A DNA stretch of 63,826 nucleotides, counting the filler, from Reclinomonas americana ATCC 50394 (Eukaryota), in the NCBI GenBank assembly GCA_048213135.1. It is 8 parts of 4 records of this genome, joined end to end, with 100 filler letters (N's around TTAATTAATTAA, not from the genome) between each part and the next. Parts side by side here need not be neighbours in the genome. Positions count along the whole stretch, not along the records: positions 62,812 to 63,826 come from PS015125.1; 7 more parts are not named here. One strand, given 5' to 3'. Shown in pieces: positions 62,812-63,826 of this stretch. Under the pieces are notes generated by a model. The model ran no database searches, was not told where the DNA came from, and saw only the letters and a list, made by a program, of their open reading frames with translations. How positions within the stretch are numbered: position 1 is the first letter of the stretch; every line of letters begins with the position of its first letter. The translations under genes were made by a program, and so were the position numbers.

Positions 62812-63826
62812 GTGGAGGCGTTTGACGTCAATCTACTGTGCGACAGCTCGTGTCGCAGCACCGAGCCGACCATTGCCCTCTCCAAGGACGGACTGGTGTT
62901 CACGCAGAATGGCACCAGCACCGTGTACCCGGTCACCTCGATCGGCGCCGGCAACGTGTTCGACCTATCGAAGGCCTCGCAAGTGCAAATGATGTACTCG
63001 CACACGGACGGCATGCGTGCGCTTGTCAATGTCAGCTTCTCGTACTTTGCGAACCTGTTCAACAACAGCACCTCCTCGTCCTCGTCGTCGTCGCGCTCTC
63101 TGCGCATCCCCACCAGCCGTTTCTACGAGACGATGATGAACGCGGCGCCACGCACCATCACCATTTCGCCGTCGTCGCGCGCACTGCTGCAGAGCTCGTC
63201 GTCGAACTCAACCTCGACGACCACCACGGTGACTCAGACGGGTCCGTCGGGTGTGGATCAGAGCACAGTGTGTGTACTGCTCGGCGGCGTGCTGGTGTGG
63301 GATCTGACGGATGCCAACGCCAAGCACTACCCGACCTACGTCAAGGACAGCTTGTACAATACGAATCCCTCTTTCGATGCCGGTGATTTCCGGTGAGTCT
63401 CTGCTTTGTTATTCTCCTCCCTCCGCAGGGCAGCTGCTGACTCGTGCATCGTTGTTCTTTGCAGCTTACTGGCACAACAGATCGAATCAGGCGTTCAGAT
63501 ATCATCATTTGCGTACACGTTCACCCAGAGTGGCGTGTATGTATTCGCGGACGCAGCCAATCAGCTGCGACAAACCATTATTCGTGTCATGGGTCAAGGA
63601 GAGACGGTTCGTATGTAAGAGAGAGGGAGAGGGAGGGAGAGAGAGAGAAAGAGAGAGAGACTCTATGTGCTTTTCTACGCTACAACCCGCCACTGACGTT
63701 ATCATTATCCATCCAGTGCGCCACCTCGTCTCGCGTGAATGCAATCACCACCCAGAATCTCACCCAACTCGGCCTGGCCATCAACACCTCGTCAGTGTCC
63801 ACCACACCAAACTACTTCCTCATCGG
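62812..63826 (+). CDS. Internal fragment of a large Cys-containing extracellular/membrane protein (probably GCC2/GCC3-repeat giant protein type)
   Basis: HYPTYVKDSLYNTNPSFDAGDFR|LL...FAYTFTQSGVYVFADA motif, many N-x-S/T sites, a TM segment starting at the window end. Family assignment is from recall only. Confidence 0.5.

Overview
Compact, intron-rich nuclear DNA from a eukaryote, probably a flagellated protist (short GT-AG introns, mostly ~55-90 nt; Sfi1-like and NEK-like genes). It is a draft assembly with N gaps. Seven N..TTAATTAATTAA..N linkers join pieces, so adjacency across them is not guaranteed. The ORF track mostly shows exon fragments, so gene models were spliced by hand. Genes found: eRF1 (5' part), LAMTOR1-like, Fyv7/TAP26-like (hosting a U34/snR62-like box C/D snoRNA), a multi-TM RGS protein, cytosolic LeuRS, a stand-alone tRNA-binding OB-fold protein, a NEK-like tail, an AddB/Cas4-like 4-Cys nuclease, SAMHD1-like, three tandem RING/TRAF-zinc-finger/coiled-coil/TLDc genes, RBBP6/Mpe1-like, Sfi1-like, GPKOW, SRP72, a C45 Ntn-hydrolase and several unknowns. 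Most notable: (1) the stop-codon-reading NGTSMI loop of eRF1 is built from three consecutive micro-exons of 5, 5 and 8 nt; (2) a recurrent GTTGCG/GTTTCG 5' splice-site class follows non-G exon ends; (3) a diversifying TRAF-TLDc tandem array abuts SAMHD1 and a Cas4/AddB-like nuclease, a candidate protist immune locus.
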